Positions 20,989 to 29,980 of a stretch of 64,000 nt of DNA are shown here, in pieces. This DNA is from an uncultured delta proteobacterium (GTDB taxonomy: Bacteria > Myxococcota > Myxococcia > SLRQ01), in assembly GCA_963727485.1 (NCBI GenBank), contig CAVSGM010000011.1, forward strand, positions 96,001 through 160,000, in the 5' to 3' direction. Below the pieces are notes generated by a model that was given only the letters and a program-made list of their open reading frames with translations, made no database searches and had not been told where the DNA came from. Position numbers and translations under genes: made by a program. Position 1 is the first letter of the stretch. Every line of letters starts with the position of its first letter.

Positions 20989-22150
20989 GGAACGCGGCGC
21001 GGCTCCCGTAGGCGTCCCAGAGGGCGCCGAAGAGGACCGAGGCGGGCAGGGTGAGCACGCCCACCGTGAGGTGGAACCACCCGAAGGCGGTGCCCCGGCT
21101 CGTCTCCGGTACCGCCGCGGCGACCAGGGCCTTCTGGGCGCCGACGGTGAGCCCGTCGTAGAGGCCGTAGACCATGAAGAGGGCGGCGACGGTCCACTGG
21201 TCGCCGGCGAAGGCGAAGCCCACGTAGACCGCCACGAAGATGATCCACCCGGCGGTGATGGCGGCGCGGGGGCCCCGGCTGTCGGCGAGCCGGCCCCCGG
21301 GGATCGAGGTCGCCGAGCGCACCACGTGGAGGCCGATCCAGAGCAGCGGCAGGCCGTAGAGGGGCGTCTTCTCGGCGCCGGCCTTCAGCAGCAGGAACAC
21401 GTCGGTGCTGTTGCCCAGGGTGAACACGGCGAGCGGCAAGAGGAAGCGCAGGAGGCCGGGCGGGGCACCGGCGAGCAGGGGCGCCTTCTCGGGCACCGGG
21501 CCGCGGACCTCCCGGACCCCGAAGAAGAGCACCGCCAGGGTGAGCGCCGCCGGCAGGGCCGACCACCAGAACACCGTGCGCAGGTGCTGCCCCGCGAGGG
21601 CGAGGACCAGGAGCGCCAGGAGCGGACCCACGATGGCGCCGAGGTGGTCGAGGGCCTGGTGGAAGCCGAAGGCCGTGCCCCGCCGGGTGTCGTCGACCGA
21701 GGCGGCGATGAGGCTGTCCCGGGGGCTGGTGCGCAGGCCCTTGCCGGTGCGGTCGACGACCCGGATGCCCAGGACCTGGAGCGGGGTGGCGGTGGCGGCG
21801 ATGAAGGGCCGGGTCACAGCCGAGACCCCGTAGCCCAGAAGGACCCACGGCCGCCGCCGTCCGGTGCGGTCGGCGAGCCAGCCGCTGCCGAGCTTGAGCA
21901 CCGAGGCGACCATGTCGGCGGTGCCCTCGATGAGCCCGAGCGCCAGGGCCCCGCCTCCGAGCACCGTGGTCACGAACGCCGGGAGCAGCGGGAGGATCAT
22001 CTCCGTGGAGGCGTCGTTGAACAGGCTCACCAGGCCCAGCGCCAGGACGTTGCGGGTGAGCCAGGGCCACCGGGCCCAGAGGGGGACGTCGGCGCCGACG
22101 GGCGCGGGGCCGGCGTCGAGAGGGCGCGGCGGTTGGGGGTCGGCGGCCAT
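20888..22150 (-). CDS. MFS transporter
   Basis: About 12 TM; GWLADRTGRRR, DRTGKGLRTSPRD. Confidence 0.9.
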   Translation of the reverse strand: MAADPQPPRPLDAGPAPVGADVPLWARWPWLTRNVLALGLVSLFNDASTEMILPLLPAFVTTVLGGGALALGLIEGTADMVASVLKLGSGWLADRTGRRRPWVLLGYGVSAVTRPFIAATATPLQVLGIRVVDRTGKGLRTSPRDSLIAASVDDTRRGTAFGFHQALDHLGAIVGPLLALLVLALAGQHLRTVFWWSALPAALTLAVLFFGVREVRGPVPEKAPLLAGAPPGLLRFLLPLAVFTLGNSTDVFLLLKAGAEKTPLYGLPLLWIGLHVVRSATSIPGGRLADSRGPRAAITAGWIIFVAVYVGFAFAGDQWTVAALFMVYGLYDGLTVGAQKALVAAAVPETSRGTAFGWFHLTVGVLTLPASVLFGALWDAYGSRAAFLTSAGLALLALVLLRVLVPARPAAPGPAATDAG

Positions 22151-22207
22151 CGCCGGGCATCATCGCCCACGGCGGCGGCGGTGGCGAGGCGCCGTGCCCG
22201 CGCCGGG

Positions 22208-23707
22208 TCAGAGCCCGAGGTGCTTGCGCCAGCGCCAGAGGGTGGCCCGGCTGATGCCCAGGCGCCTCGCCGCGCGACCCAGGTGCCCGCCCTCGGCGGC
22301 CAGGGCCGCGCGGACGCGCCCGGCCCGGGCGGCGTCGGACTCGGGGCCGTCGGCGCCGCCGCCCGCCGCGGCGCCGTCCGCACCCCCGGCCCCGGTCGCG
22401 TAGGCCTCCTCGCCGGAAGCCTCGGCCACCCGGTCTGCCGACCTTCCCGCGCCCGCCCCGCCCGGCTCCACCCGCGGCCCCGGCCCCGGCGTCTGCAGCT
22501 CCGGGGGCAGGTCGTCGAGCTCCAGCTCGGTCCCCCGTCCCACGGCGAAGGCGTAGGCCACCACGTTGGCGAGCTCCCGGACGTTCCCCGGCCACCGGTG
22601 GTCGATGAGGGCGCGCATGGCCTCGGGGCTCACCGTCTCCACCCGCCGGCGCCCGGCCTCGTTGTGCCGGGCGATGAAGTGCCACAGCAGCACCTCCACG
22701 TCCTCCCAGCGGTCGCGCAGCGGCGGCAGGAAGATGGGCACCACCCGCAGGCGGTACATCAGGTCGGCGCGGAACTGCCGGTTGGCGACGGCCTCGCGCA
22801 GCGAGCGGTGGGTGGCGGCGACGACCCTCACGTCCACGGGCAGGGGCTCGGTGCCCCCCACCGGCACCACCTCCCGGGCCTCGAGGACCCGCAGGAGCTT
22901 CGCCTGCACCTCGAGCGACAGCTCGGCGACCTCGTCGAGGAAGAGGGTCCCGCCGTCGGCCTGCTCGAAGAGCCCCTTGCGGTCGCGCACCGCTCCGGTG
23001 AAGGCGCCGCGCACATGCCCGAAGAGCTCGGACTCCATGAGGGTCTCGGTGAGGGCGGCGCAGTTCACCGGGACGAAGGGACCCTCGCGCCTCGGGCTCT
23101 CGGCGTGGAGCGCCCGGGCCACCAGCTCCTTGCCCGAGCCGCTCTCGCCGCGGACCAGGGCGGTGGCGTCGGTCTCGGCGACGTTGCGCACCACCTGGAA
23201 CACCCGGCGCATCGCCGGGTCCCGGCTCACCATCCCGTGGAAGACCAGCGGCGCGTCCTCGGGGGGCGCCTCGGCGGGCTCGGCGTCGGGGACGGCGGGG
23301 GTGAGGATCTCGATGCCCCCGAGGAAGTCCCCGTCGTCGTCGAAGAAGGCCCGGGCGGTCTTGTGCATCCGGATGGGGGTGCCGTCGGCCCGGTGGAGGA
23401 CCAGCGGCTGGTCCCGGAAGGCGCCGACCTCGGCGAGGCCGCAGCCGCGCATGCAGTCCTCGCAGCGGCTCACGTGGAGGCAGTGCTTCCCCAGGACGTC
23501 CGTGGGGTCGTAGCCCAGGAGGCGCCGGGCCCCGTCGCTCCATAGGATCACGTTGCGGTCCCGGTCGACGGCGAAGACCACGGCCCCTGGGGGGAGCCCC
23601 GCCAGACCCGCGAAGGCCTCGGCGGCGCCCACCTCGGCGAGCCAGCCTTCCAGGGCGCTCGACCGGTCCGCCGGCCGCGGCGGTTGTTTCATGTGTGTTT
23701 CAGCCAT
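22208..23707 (-). CDS. Sigma-54-dependent enhancer-binding protein (Cys-containing PAS sensor + AAA+ + Fis HTH), FisR-like
   Basis: GESGSGKE, ESELFGHVRGAFTGA, WPGNVREL, LGISRATLWR; N-terminal HC-x5-CEDC-x3-C; start could be 23692. Confidence 0.93.
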   Translation of the reverse strand: MAETHMKQPPRPADRSSALEGWLAEVGAAEAFAGLAGLPPGAVVFAVDRDRNVILWSDGARRLLGYDPTDVLGKHCLHVSRCEDCMRGCGLAEVGAFRDQPLVLHRADGTPIRMHKTARAFFDDDGDFLGGIEILTPAVPDAEPAEAPPEDAPLVFHGMVSRDPAMRRVFQVVRNVAETDATALVRGESGSGKELVARALHAESPRREGPFVPVNCAALTETLMESELFGHVRGAFTGAVRDRKGLFEQADGGTLFLDEVAELSLEVQAKLLRVLEAREVVPVGGTEPLPVDVRVVAATHRSLREAVANRQFRADLMYRLRVVPIFLPPLRDRWEDVEVLLWHFIARHNEAGRRRVETVSPEAMRALIDHRWPGNVRELANVVAYAFAVGRGTELELDDLPPELQTPGPGPRVEPGGAGAGRSADRVAEASGEEAYATGAGGADGAAAGGGADGPESDAARAGRVRAALAAEGGHLGRAARRLGISRATLWRWRKHLGL

Positions 23708-23767
23708 TGGTTCACATCTTGTTGCAGTGCACCATCCTAGCATGAAACAACCGGCACCCATGAAACA
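23684..23767. promoter_or_regulatory. Candidate enhancer: TGTTTCA x2, TGTTGCA, TGAAACA x2
   Basis: Half-sites at 23685, 23696, 23720, 23743, 23761; perfect 10-bp inverted pair TTGTTTCATG/CATGAAACAA. Confidence 0.7.
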
Positions 23768-23809
23768 TTCACGCCAGTAAACTCAATGACTTGCAGCCTG
23801 CCGTGGGCC

Positions 23810-23825
23810 TGGCACGGGGGCTGCT
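23810..23825 (+). promoter_or_regulatory. Sigma-54 promoter of the pdo operon
   Basis: TGGCAC-GGGGG-CTGCT (GG-N10-GC); IHF-like ACTCAATGACTTG at 23781-23793; divergent bEBP gene. Confidence 0.8.
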
Positions 23826-23876
23826 ATCTCTCCGGCACGACCCAAGCCTCCCCGCAGCAGGGGGACGGAGGCGACC

Positions 23877-24563
23877 ATGATCTTCCGGCAGCTCTTCGAC
23901 AAGACGTCCAGCACCTACACCTACCTCCTGGCCCGGGGGCCGGGGGGCGAGGCCCTCCTCATCGACCCGGTGAACGAGCAGGTCGACAGCTACCTGCGCC
24001 TCATCGAGGAGCTCGACCTCAAGCTGGTGCAGGCCGTCGACACCCACGTCCACGCCGACCACGTCACCGGCCTCGGGGCCCTGCGCGACCGGACCGGCTG
24101 CGTGACCCTCATGGGCGCCGAGACCCGCGCCGACTGCGTGAGCCGCAAGGTCGCCGACGGCGAGGTCCTGAAGGTCGACGGCCTCGAGGTCCGCGCCCTC
24201 TACACCCCGGGCCACACCGACGACTCCTACTCCTTCGTGATGGCCGACCGGGTGTTCACCGGCGACACCCTCCTCATCCGCGGCACCGGGCGCACCGACT
24301 TCCAGAACGGCGACCCCCACGCCGAGTACGACTCGATCTTCCACAAGCTCCTCGTCCTCCCCGACGAGACGCGGGTCTACCCGGCCCACGACTACAAGGG
24401 CTGGACGGTGAGCACCATCGCCGAGGAGCGGGCCCACAACCCGCGCCTCCAGGTGAAGAGCGAGGCCGAGTTCGTGGAGATCATGAACAACCTCGACCTC
24501 CCCAACCCCAAGCTCATGGACGTGGCGGTCCCGGCGAACCTCCGCTGTGGCCGCGCCGCCTGA
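23877..24563 (+). CDS. pdo: Persulfide dioxygenase (ETHE1-like MBL-fold)
   Basis: MIFRQLFD..SSTYTYL, THVHADH, TPGHT, GDTLLIRGTGRTDFQ, YPAHDY, AVPANLRCG. Confidence 0.92.
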   Translation: MIFRQLFDKTSSTYTYLLARGPGGEALLIDPVNEQVDSYLRLIEELDLKLVQAVDTHVHADHVTGLGALRDRTGCVTLMGAETRADCVSRKVADGEVLKVDGLEVRALYTPGHTDDSYSFVMADRVFTGDTLLIRGTGRTDFQNGDPHAEYDSIFHKLLVLPDETRVYPAHDYKGWTVSTIAEERAHNPRLQVKSEAEFVEIMNNLDLPNPKLMDVAVPANLRCGRAA

Positions 24564-24603
24564 CCGGCTCAACCCACTCACTCCTCACCGAGGTCTTCCC
24601 ACC

Positions 24604-25011
24604 ATGCGTTTCGGATTCCCCTTCGGCTCCTCCTCTGCGCGCTTCGCCCAGCTCGGCCCCGCCGAGGCCAACACCCAGCTCTCGACCTTCAAGATCCTCG
24701 ACGTCCGGGGCCCCGACGAGTTCGACGGGCAGCTCGGGCACGTGCCCGGCGCGAGCCTGGTGCCGCTGCACACCCTGCCCATCAAGCTCGGTGAGCTCGG
24801 CCTCGAGGAGGGCGAGAAGATCCTGGTGGTCTGCCGCTCCGGGGGCCGCTCGGCCCAGGCCGCCGACCTCCTCGGCCGCAGCGGCTTCACCAACGTCCAC
24901 AACCTCGCCGGGGGGATGCTCTCCTGGCGCAGCCACGGCCTCCCGGTCTGCGGCCACCGCCACGGCGCCGGCGCCACCGGTATCCGCTGCGACGCCAAGC
25001 AGTCGGCCTAG
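24604..25011 (+). CDS. Rhodanese-like sulfurtransferase
   Basis: LDVR.PDEF, GHVPGA, CRSGGRS active loop, LAGGM. Confidence 0.92.
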   Translation: MRFGFPFGSSSARFAQLGPAEANTQLSTFKILDVRGPDEFDGQLGHVPGASLVPLHTLPIKLGELGLEEGEKILVVCRSGGRSAQAADLLGRSGFTNVHNLAGGMLSWRSHGLPVCGHRHGAGATGIRCDAKQSA

Positions 25012-25024
25012 TCCAGGAGACCCG

Positions 25025-25903
25025 ATGCTCCTCGTCGCCGCCGCGCTCTCCATCCTCATGGGCCTCGCCCTCGGTCTCCTCGGGGGCGGGGGCTCGATCC
25101 TCACCGTCCCGATCCTGCTCTACGTGGTGGGCCTGCCCACCAAGACCGCCATCGCCACCTCGCTGCTGGTGGTGGGGCTCACCAGCCTCACCGGGGTCAT
25201 CCAGCACGGGCGGGTGGGCAACGTCCGGTGGGGCACCGGGCTGGTCTTCGGCGGCGTCGCCATGGTCGGCGCCTACCTCGGCGGCCGGGCCGCGGCCTTC
25301 GTGCCCGGGCCGGTGCTGCTGATCATCTTCGCCTCGCTGATGGTGGTCACCGCCGTAGGCATGCTCCGCCCCAAGAAGGGCGGCGACGCCGAGCCGGTGG
25401 AGAAGGCGTTCTCCTTCCCCAAGATCGCCGCCCAGGGCCTGGTGGTCGGCGCCCTCACCGGGCTGGTCGGCGCCGGAGGCGGGTTCCTCATCGTGCCGGC
25501 CCTGGTCTTCCTCGCCGGCCTCTCGATGCACGAGGCGGTGGGCACCTCGCTGCTGGTGATCACCATGAACTCCGGCGCCGGCATCGCCGGGCAGCTCGCC
25601 CACGTCCACCTCGACCTCCGGGTCGCGGCCATCGTCGCCGCGGCGGCGGTGGTGGGCTCCGTGGTGGGCACCACGCTGGCCCGGCGGGTCCCCCAGGCGG
25701 CGCTCCGGCGCATCTTCGCCTGGTTCGTGCTGGCCATGGCCGGCTTCATCCTCTACCGGCAGGCGCCGGCGGGGATGGTGGCCTCGATCCTGGCGACCCC
25801 CTGGGTCCCCTGGGTCCTGGCCGCCGTGGGCCTCGCCGTCGTCACCCTCCTCATCCTCCTGCGCTTCCGGCGGCCCGGGGACGACCTCCCCAACGAGAGC
25901 TAG
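25025..25903 (+). CDS. TauE/SafE-family sulfite exporter
   Basis: GLLGGGGSILTVP and GLVGAGGGFLIVP, AVGTSL; AGGAG RBS. Confidence 0.9.
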   Translation: MLLVAAALSILMGLALGLLGGGGSILTVPILLYVVGLPTKTAIATSLLVVGLTSLTGVIQHGRVGNVRWGTGLVFGGVAMVGAYLGGRAAAFVPGPVLLIIFASLMVVTAVGMLRPKKGGDAEPVEKAFSFPKIAAQGLVVGALTGLVGAGGGFLIVPALVFLAGLSMHEAVGTSLLVITMNSGAGIAGQLAHVHLDLRVAAIVAAAAVVGSVVGTTLARRVPQAALRRIFAWFVLAMAGFILYRQAPAGMVASILATPWVPWVLAAVGLAVVTLLILLRFRRPGDDLPNES

Positions 25904-25975
25904 CCCCTTCGGTCGGGGCCCGGGCCCATCCCGGGTCCCGGCCGACCCCGGTTGCCCGCCGGACCCCCGTCCCCT

Positions 25976-26017
25976 CGGCGCGGATCCCCGCTTCCCCGCG
26001 GGATCCGCGCCGTTTTT
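25976..26017 (+). terminator. Intrinsic terminator of the pdo-rhodanese-tauE operon
   Basis: 13-bp stem CGGCGCGGATCCC/GGGATCCGCGCCG followed by TTTTT. Confidence 0.75.
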
Positions 26018-26043
26018 CCTGGGTGCGCCCCGGGGCGGGACGG

Positions 26044-26059
26044 TGGCATGTGCGGTGCA
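26044..26059 (+). promoter_or_regulatory. Candidate sigma-54 promoter
   Basis: TGGCAT-GTGCG-GTGCA (GG-N10-GC) just upstream of ATGs at 26072/26084. Confidence 0.55.
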
Positions 26060-26083
26060 ATACCGACCGTCATGCAGACGGGC

Positions 26084-27058
26084 ATGGCACAAGACGAGGT
26101 CCCGCAGGTGGCGCCCGAGCCCATCCTCCTCCACGCACCGGACGGGGTGGCCGGGAGCCTCCTGCGGACCTTCTGCCTCGACGCCGGGTGGCCGTCCCGG
26201 ATGGCGCCCGGCGTCGAGGCGGTCCTCCGGGACCTCGAGGACGCGCCCCCGGCGGTGGTCATCGCCGACCCCGAGGCGGTGGGCCTCACCCCCGCCGCGT
26301 TCCTCGGTCGGGTCCGGGAGCGCACCGCGGACCTCGGGCCCGGCGAGGCGCCGGCGATCCTCCTCCTCGTCCTCGACGACGACGCGGGCGCCCGGCTCCG
26401 GGCCCTGGAGGCCGGCGCCGACGACGTGATCCCCCGGCCCCTCCAGCGCCTCGAGGTGCAGCACCGCATCCACCGCGCCCTGGAGCTCCGGGCGGCGCGC
26501 CGGCGCCTGGCCACCTGGTCCGAGGACCTCGCCCGGGCGGCGCGGAGCCTCGCCTCGGTGGGCAACGAGCGCGACCTCACCCGGGATCTGGTCCACGAGG
26601 TGTCCCAGGCGCGGCGCACCGACGCGCCGCTCACCTGCGTGGCGGTGCTGCCCCGGCACCTCCCCGGTCTCGACGACCCGGCGGCCACCGGTGCCTCGGC
26701 CCTGGCGGTGCAGGCGACCCTCCGGGGCTCGGACCGCATCTGCCTCCTCGGGAGCGACGCCATCATCGCCCTGCTCCCCGAGTGCGACGCCGACGGCGCC
26801 GCCGCCACCCTCACCCGCCTGCGCCGGGTGCTGCCGCCCTTCCCGGGCTTCGACCTCGGCCACGCCACCCTGGCCCCGGGCGACGGCCAGGATGGCTGGG
26901 ATCTGCTCCTCGGGGCCCGACGCGCCGCCCTGGCCGCCGGGCTGACCCGGGCCACCTGGCCCGGCGAGGACGACGCGGCGGGCGACGCGGCGGGCGACGC
27001 GAAGGTCAGCGCCCGGGGGTCGGGGCGCCGACGGCCCACCCGGTCGCGATCCGGCTGA
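26084..27058 (+). CDS. Degenerate receiver + degenerate GGDEF-like protein
   Basis: ALEAGADDVIPRP receiver tail; LRGSDRICLLGSDAIIALLP aligns to the GGDEF region but lacks GG[DE]EF; start may be 26072. Confidence 0.6.
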   Translation: MAQDEVPQVAPEPILLHAPDGVAGSLLRTFCLDAGWPSRMAPGVEAVLRDLEDAPPAVVIADPEAVGLTPAAFLGRVRERTADLGPGEAPAILLLVLDDDAGARLRALEAGADDVIPRPLQRLEVQHRIHRALELRAARRRLATWSEDLARAARSLASVGNERDLTRDLVHEVSQARRTDAPLTCVAVLPRHLPGLDDPAATGASALAVQATLRGSDRICLLGSDAIIALLPECDADGAAATLTRLRRVLPPFPGFDLGHATLAPGDGQDGWDLLLGARRAALAAGLTRATWPGEDDAAGDAAGDAKVSARGSGRRRPTRSRSG

Positions 27059-28958
27059 GGCTGGCCCCGGCACCGGGCAGCTGCCGGCTGCAGGCGGCGT
27101 CGAGGGGCACCGAGTCACCGGTCTCCAGGATCACCGGGTCGGTGGCGGAGAGGCCCCCGGGGAGGGCGCCCGGTCGGAGCGTGAGGGCCCCGTCGGCGAT
27201 CCCCGCCGGCGCCTCCCTGCCCAGGACCACCACCGCCCGCTGCCCGGGCGAAAGCGTCGCGGCCGGGAGGGTCACCGTGGCGTCTCCGTCGGCGAGGCGC
27301 ACCCCGCCGAGGGGGGCCGGGGCGTCGCCGGCGTTCACCAGCTCCACCCAGGGGGTGGCGCCGCCCTCGACCTCGGCGAGCATCAGGTCCGCCTTGGGCG
27401 CGGCGCCGTCCGGGACCACCGAGCCGGCCCACACCTTTGCGAAGGCCCCCTCGGCGGCGGCGACCAGGCGCCGGTCGTGGATGATGAGCAGGGTCTCGTC
27501 GTTGCGGGTCTCGGCGCGGGTGCTGAAGTTGTAGGAGCCGACGATGAGGGTCGCCTCGGGGGTCCCGGCGTCGATGACGATCATCTTGTGGTGCATCAGC
27601 TCGCCGTGGGGGGTCCGGCGCATGGGGAGGCCGGCGTCGACCAGGCGGCGCCACTGGGAGCCGCGGATGGTGGCGTGGAGCCAGTCCACCGCGCCCTTCA
27701 CCGCCACCCCGTGGGCCGCGCGGTCCACCAGGGCGTCGCCCACCGCGGTCTCGGTGAGGGTGAAGGCCAGGACGTGGACCGAGCGCCGGGCGGCGTGGAT
27801 GGCGGCGACCACCGCGTCCTCCACGTGGTCCACCGGGGCGACGTAGAGGGAGACCTCGGCGCCGTCGACCACGTGGTCGTGGACCCGGGTCGCGTGCTTG
27901 GCCGGGCCGAACTCCCGGTGGACCATGTCGTCGACGCCCTGGGCGAGGGTGGCGGCGAGGCCGGGGTTGACCAGCTCCACCGCGGCGTCGGCGGTGAGAT
28001 GGACGGTGGGGTTCCAGGAGCCGAGCCACACCCGCCGGCCGTCGGCGACCAGGTACTTGTTGTGGCTCTCGGCGCTCCGCTCGTCGGGGACCACCACGAT
28101 GCCGTCGGCCTCGAGGCGGGCGTAGCCCGGGTGGTAGTCGGCGCGGTCGTAGAAGGTGGAGTCGGTGACCAGGCGCACCACCACCCCCCGGTCCTCGGCG
28201 CGGATCAGGGCGTCGAGGATCGCGGGATCGTCGAGCTGGTAGAGGGCGCAGTCGAGGGTGTCGTGGGCGCCGTCGATGAAGCGCACCATCGCCGCGGCGG
28301 TCTCGCTGTCGTCGGTGGGGGCGGTGAAGTGGATCCGGAGGAGGCCCGAGGGTGCCAGGTGGTTCCGGACGCCGGGGCTGCCCCCGGGGACCAGGCGCCA
28401 GCTCGAGGGGGCGTCGGGGAGGGTGGGGGCCCGGCGCTCCCGGGCCACGTCCGGGCCCGTGGCGGCGCCCGGGGCCACCGCGTCGAGGACCTCGCCGGTG
28501 GCTTCCCGGAGGATCACCGGGTCGCGCTGGGCCAGGCCGTTGCCCAGGGCGTGGTCGTCGGTGGTGAGGACCGGGACGCCGGGGGGGTAGGGGCCGGTGG
28601 CGTCCGGGTCGACCACCAGGACGTAGCCATGGGGCGCCGCGAGGGCGGGGCCGGCGCGGTGGACCAGGGCGTCCGGGGCGTCGCCGTCGTCGAGGACCAG
28701 GTGGTCGAGGGCCACCGGGGCGCCGGTGACGTTGACCAGCTCCACGTACTCGCCGCGCCGGGCGTCGCTGGGGCTCACCAGGATCTCGTTGATCCGCAGG
28801 GGCGAGCCGGCCTCGGCGTGGAGGGCGGCGGCAGGGGGCCCGCCGGCGGTGCCGGTGCCGGTGAGGCTCCCCGGGCCACAGGCGGTGGCGGCGGCGAGGA
28901 CGAGGGCCAGGGCCCAGACGGCGAGGGCGGGGCGACGGTCGATGGTGCGGCGCAGCAT
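27006..28958 (-). CDS. Secreted/lipoprotein phospholipase D-family nuclease with lamin-tail-like domains
   Basis: ATAC lipobox-like signal; INEIL...EYVELVN; two HKD motifs (HNKYLVAD, HHKMIVID..GSYN); C-terminal PTPG. Confidence 0.85.
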   Translation of the reverse strand: MLRRTIDRRPALAVWALALVLAAATACGPGSLTGTGTAGGPPAAALHAEAGSPLRINEILVSPSDARRGEYVELVNVTGAPVALDHLVLDDGDAPDALVHRAGPALAAPHGYVLVVDPDATGPYPPGVPVLTTDDHALGNGLAQRDPVILREATGEVLDAVAPGAATGPDVARERRAPTLPDAPSSWRLVPGGSPGVRNHLAPSGLLRIHFTAPTDDSETAAAMVRFIDGAHDTLDCALYQLDDPAILDALIRAEDRGVVVRLVTDSTFYDRADYHPGYARLEADGIVVVPDERSAESHNKYLVADGRRVWLGSWNPTVHLTADAAVELVNPGLAATLAQGVDDMVHREFGPAKHATRVHDHVVDGAEVSLYVAPVDHVEDAVVAAIHAARRSVHVLAFTLTETAVGDALVDRAAHGVAVKGAVDWLHATIRGSQWRRLVDAGLPMRRTPHGELMHHKMIVIDAGTPEATLIVGSYNFSTRAETRNDETLLIIHDRRLVAAAEGAFAKVWAGSVVPDGAAPKADLMLAEVEGGATPWVELVNAGDAPAPLGGVRLADGDATVTLPAATLSPGQRAVVVLGREAPAGIADGALTLRPGALPGGLSATDPVILETGDSVPLDAACSRQLPGAGASLSRIATGWAVGAPTPGR

Positions 28959-28971
28959 GGACCGTCCCCAT

Positions 28972-28987
28972 CGCAAGGACCGTGCCC
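28972..28987 (-). promoter_or_regulatory. Candidate sigma-54 promoter for the PLD gene
   Basis: Minus strand GGGCAC-GGTCC-TTGCG (GG-N10-GC). Confidence 0.6.
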
Positions 28988-29237
28988 GCCCCCGGCCTGG
29001 CTCGCAAGTGGCTGGGATCACTCGGAGCCGGCGACCCATGGCCCTGCCGGACAAGGCAGATCGTCCAGAGGGTGAACGCCTTCCCTCGACGCCGCATCGT
29101 CCCTGGACGGTCCCGTCAACCTCCCAGAAACACGCCGCTTGGTTCCCGCCTCCGTCCAGCGTCCCCGAACCGTCCACAAGCTGGACGCTGCGGGTCTGGA
29201 CGCTGGCGCCGCCGCGGGCCATGCCCACCCTGGCCCC

Positions 29238-29963
29238 ATGGGCCGCCAAATCCACGTGGGCACCAGCGGCTGGACCTACGACGACTGGAACGGGCCCTTC
29301 TACCCGAAGGGCGTGCGTGGGACGGACCGCCTGGCCTTCTACGCCGGGCGCTTCGACACGGTGGAGGTGAACGCGACCTTCTACCGCCCGCTCACGCCGA
29401 CGATGATCGACGCCTGGAACCGCCACCTGCCCCCGGGCTACCACCTGGCCCTCAAGGGACCCCGGTGGGTCACCCACCTGGCGAAGCTCGTGGGCTGCAA
29501 GGACGCGGTCGCGGACTTCCTCGAGCGCGCCGGGCGCCTCCTCACGGTCAAGGTCGTCCTCTGGCAGCTTCCCCCGCAGCTCCACCGGGACCTCGGGCGC
29601 CTCGACGGCTTCCTCTCGATGCTCCCGGCGACGGTGCGCCACGCGGTGGAGTTCCGCCACCCGAGCTGGTTCGATGACGCGGTCGCCGCGCGGCTCGCCG
29701 AGCGGGACATGGCCTTCGTGGCGGTGAGCCACCCCGACCTGCCGCCCACGGTGTACCCCACCGGCGATCTCCTCTACGCGCGCTTCCACGGCCTGGGCCC
29801 CCAGCTCTGCGACCAGGACTACAGCCAGGAGGCGCTCGCCGGCTGGGTGGGGCGGCTGGCCCCGCACCTCGAGGGGCGGACCCTCTACGCCTTCTTCAAC
29901 AACGACGTCGCCTGCCGCGCCCCGGCGAACGCGGCGGCCTTCCGGGCGATGCTCACCAGGTGA
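29238..29963 (+). CDS. DUF72 family protein
   Basis: HVGTSGW, TVEVNATFYR, LWQLPP, VEFRHPSW, YARFHG, YAFFNND. Confidence 0.92.
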   Translation: MGRQIHVGTSGWTYDDWNGPFYPKGVRGTDRLAFYAGRFDTVEVNATFYRPLTPTMIDAWNRHLPPGYHLALKGPRWVTHLAKLVGCKDAVADFLERAGRLLTVKVVLWQLPPQLHRDLGRLDGFLSMLPATVRHAVEFRHPSWFDDAVAARLAERDMAFVAVSHPDLPPTVYPTGDLLYARFHGLGPQLCDQDYSQEALAGWVGRLAPHLEGRTLYAFFNNDVACRAPANAAAFRAMLTR

Positions 29964-29980
29964 GCCCGGCGCCCCACCGG

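Noticed and set aside
27006..29963. PLD nuclease + DUF72 as an anti-phage defence system
   Set aside because: The PLD has an export signal and lamin-tail domains, the genes are divergent, and no helicase, methylase or other defence partner is nearby
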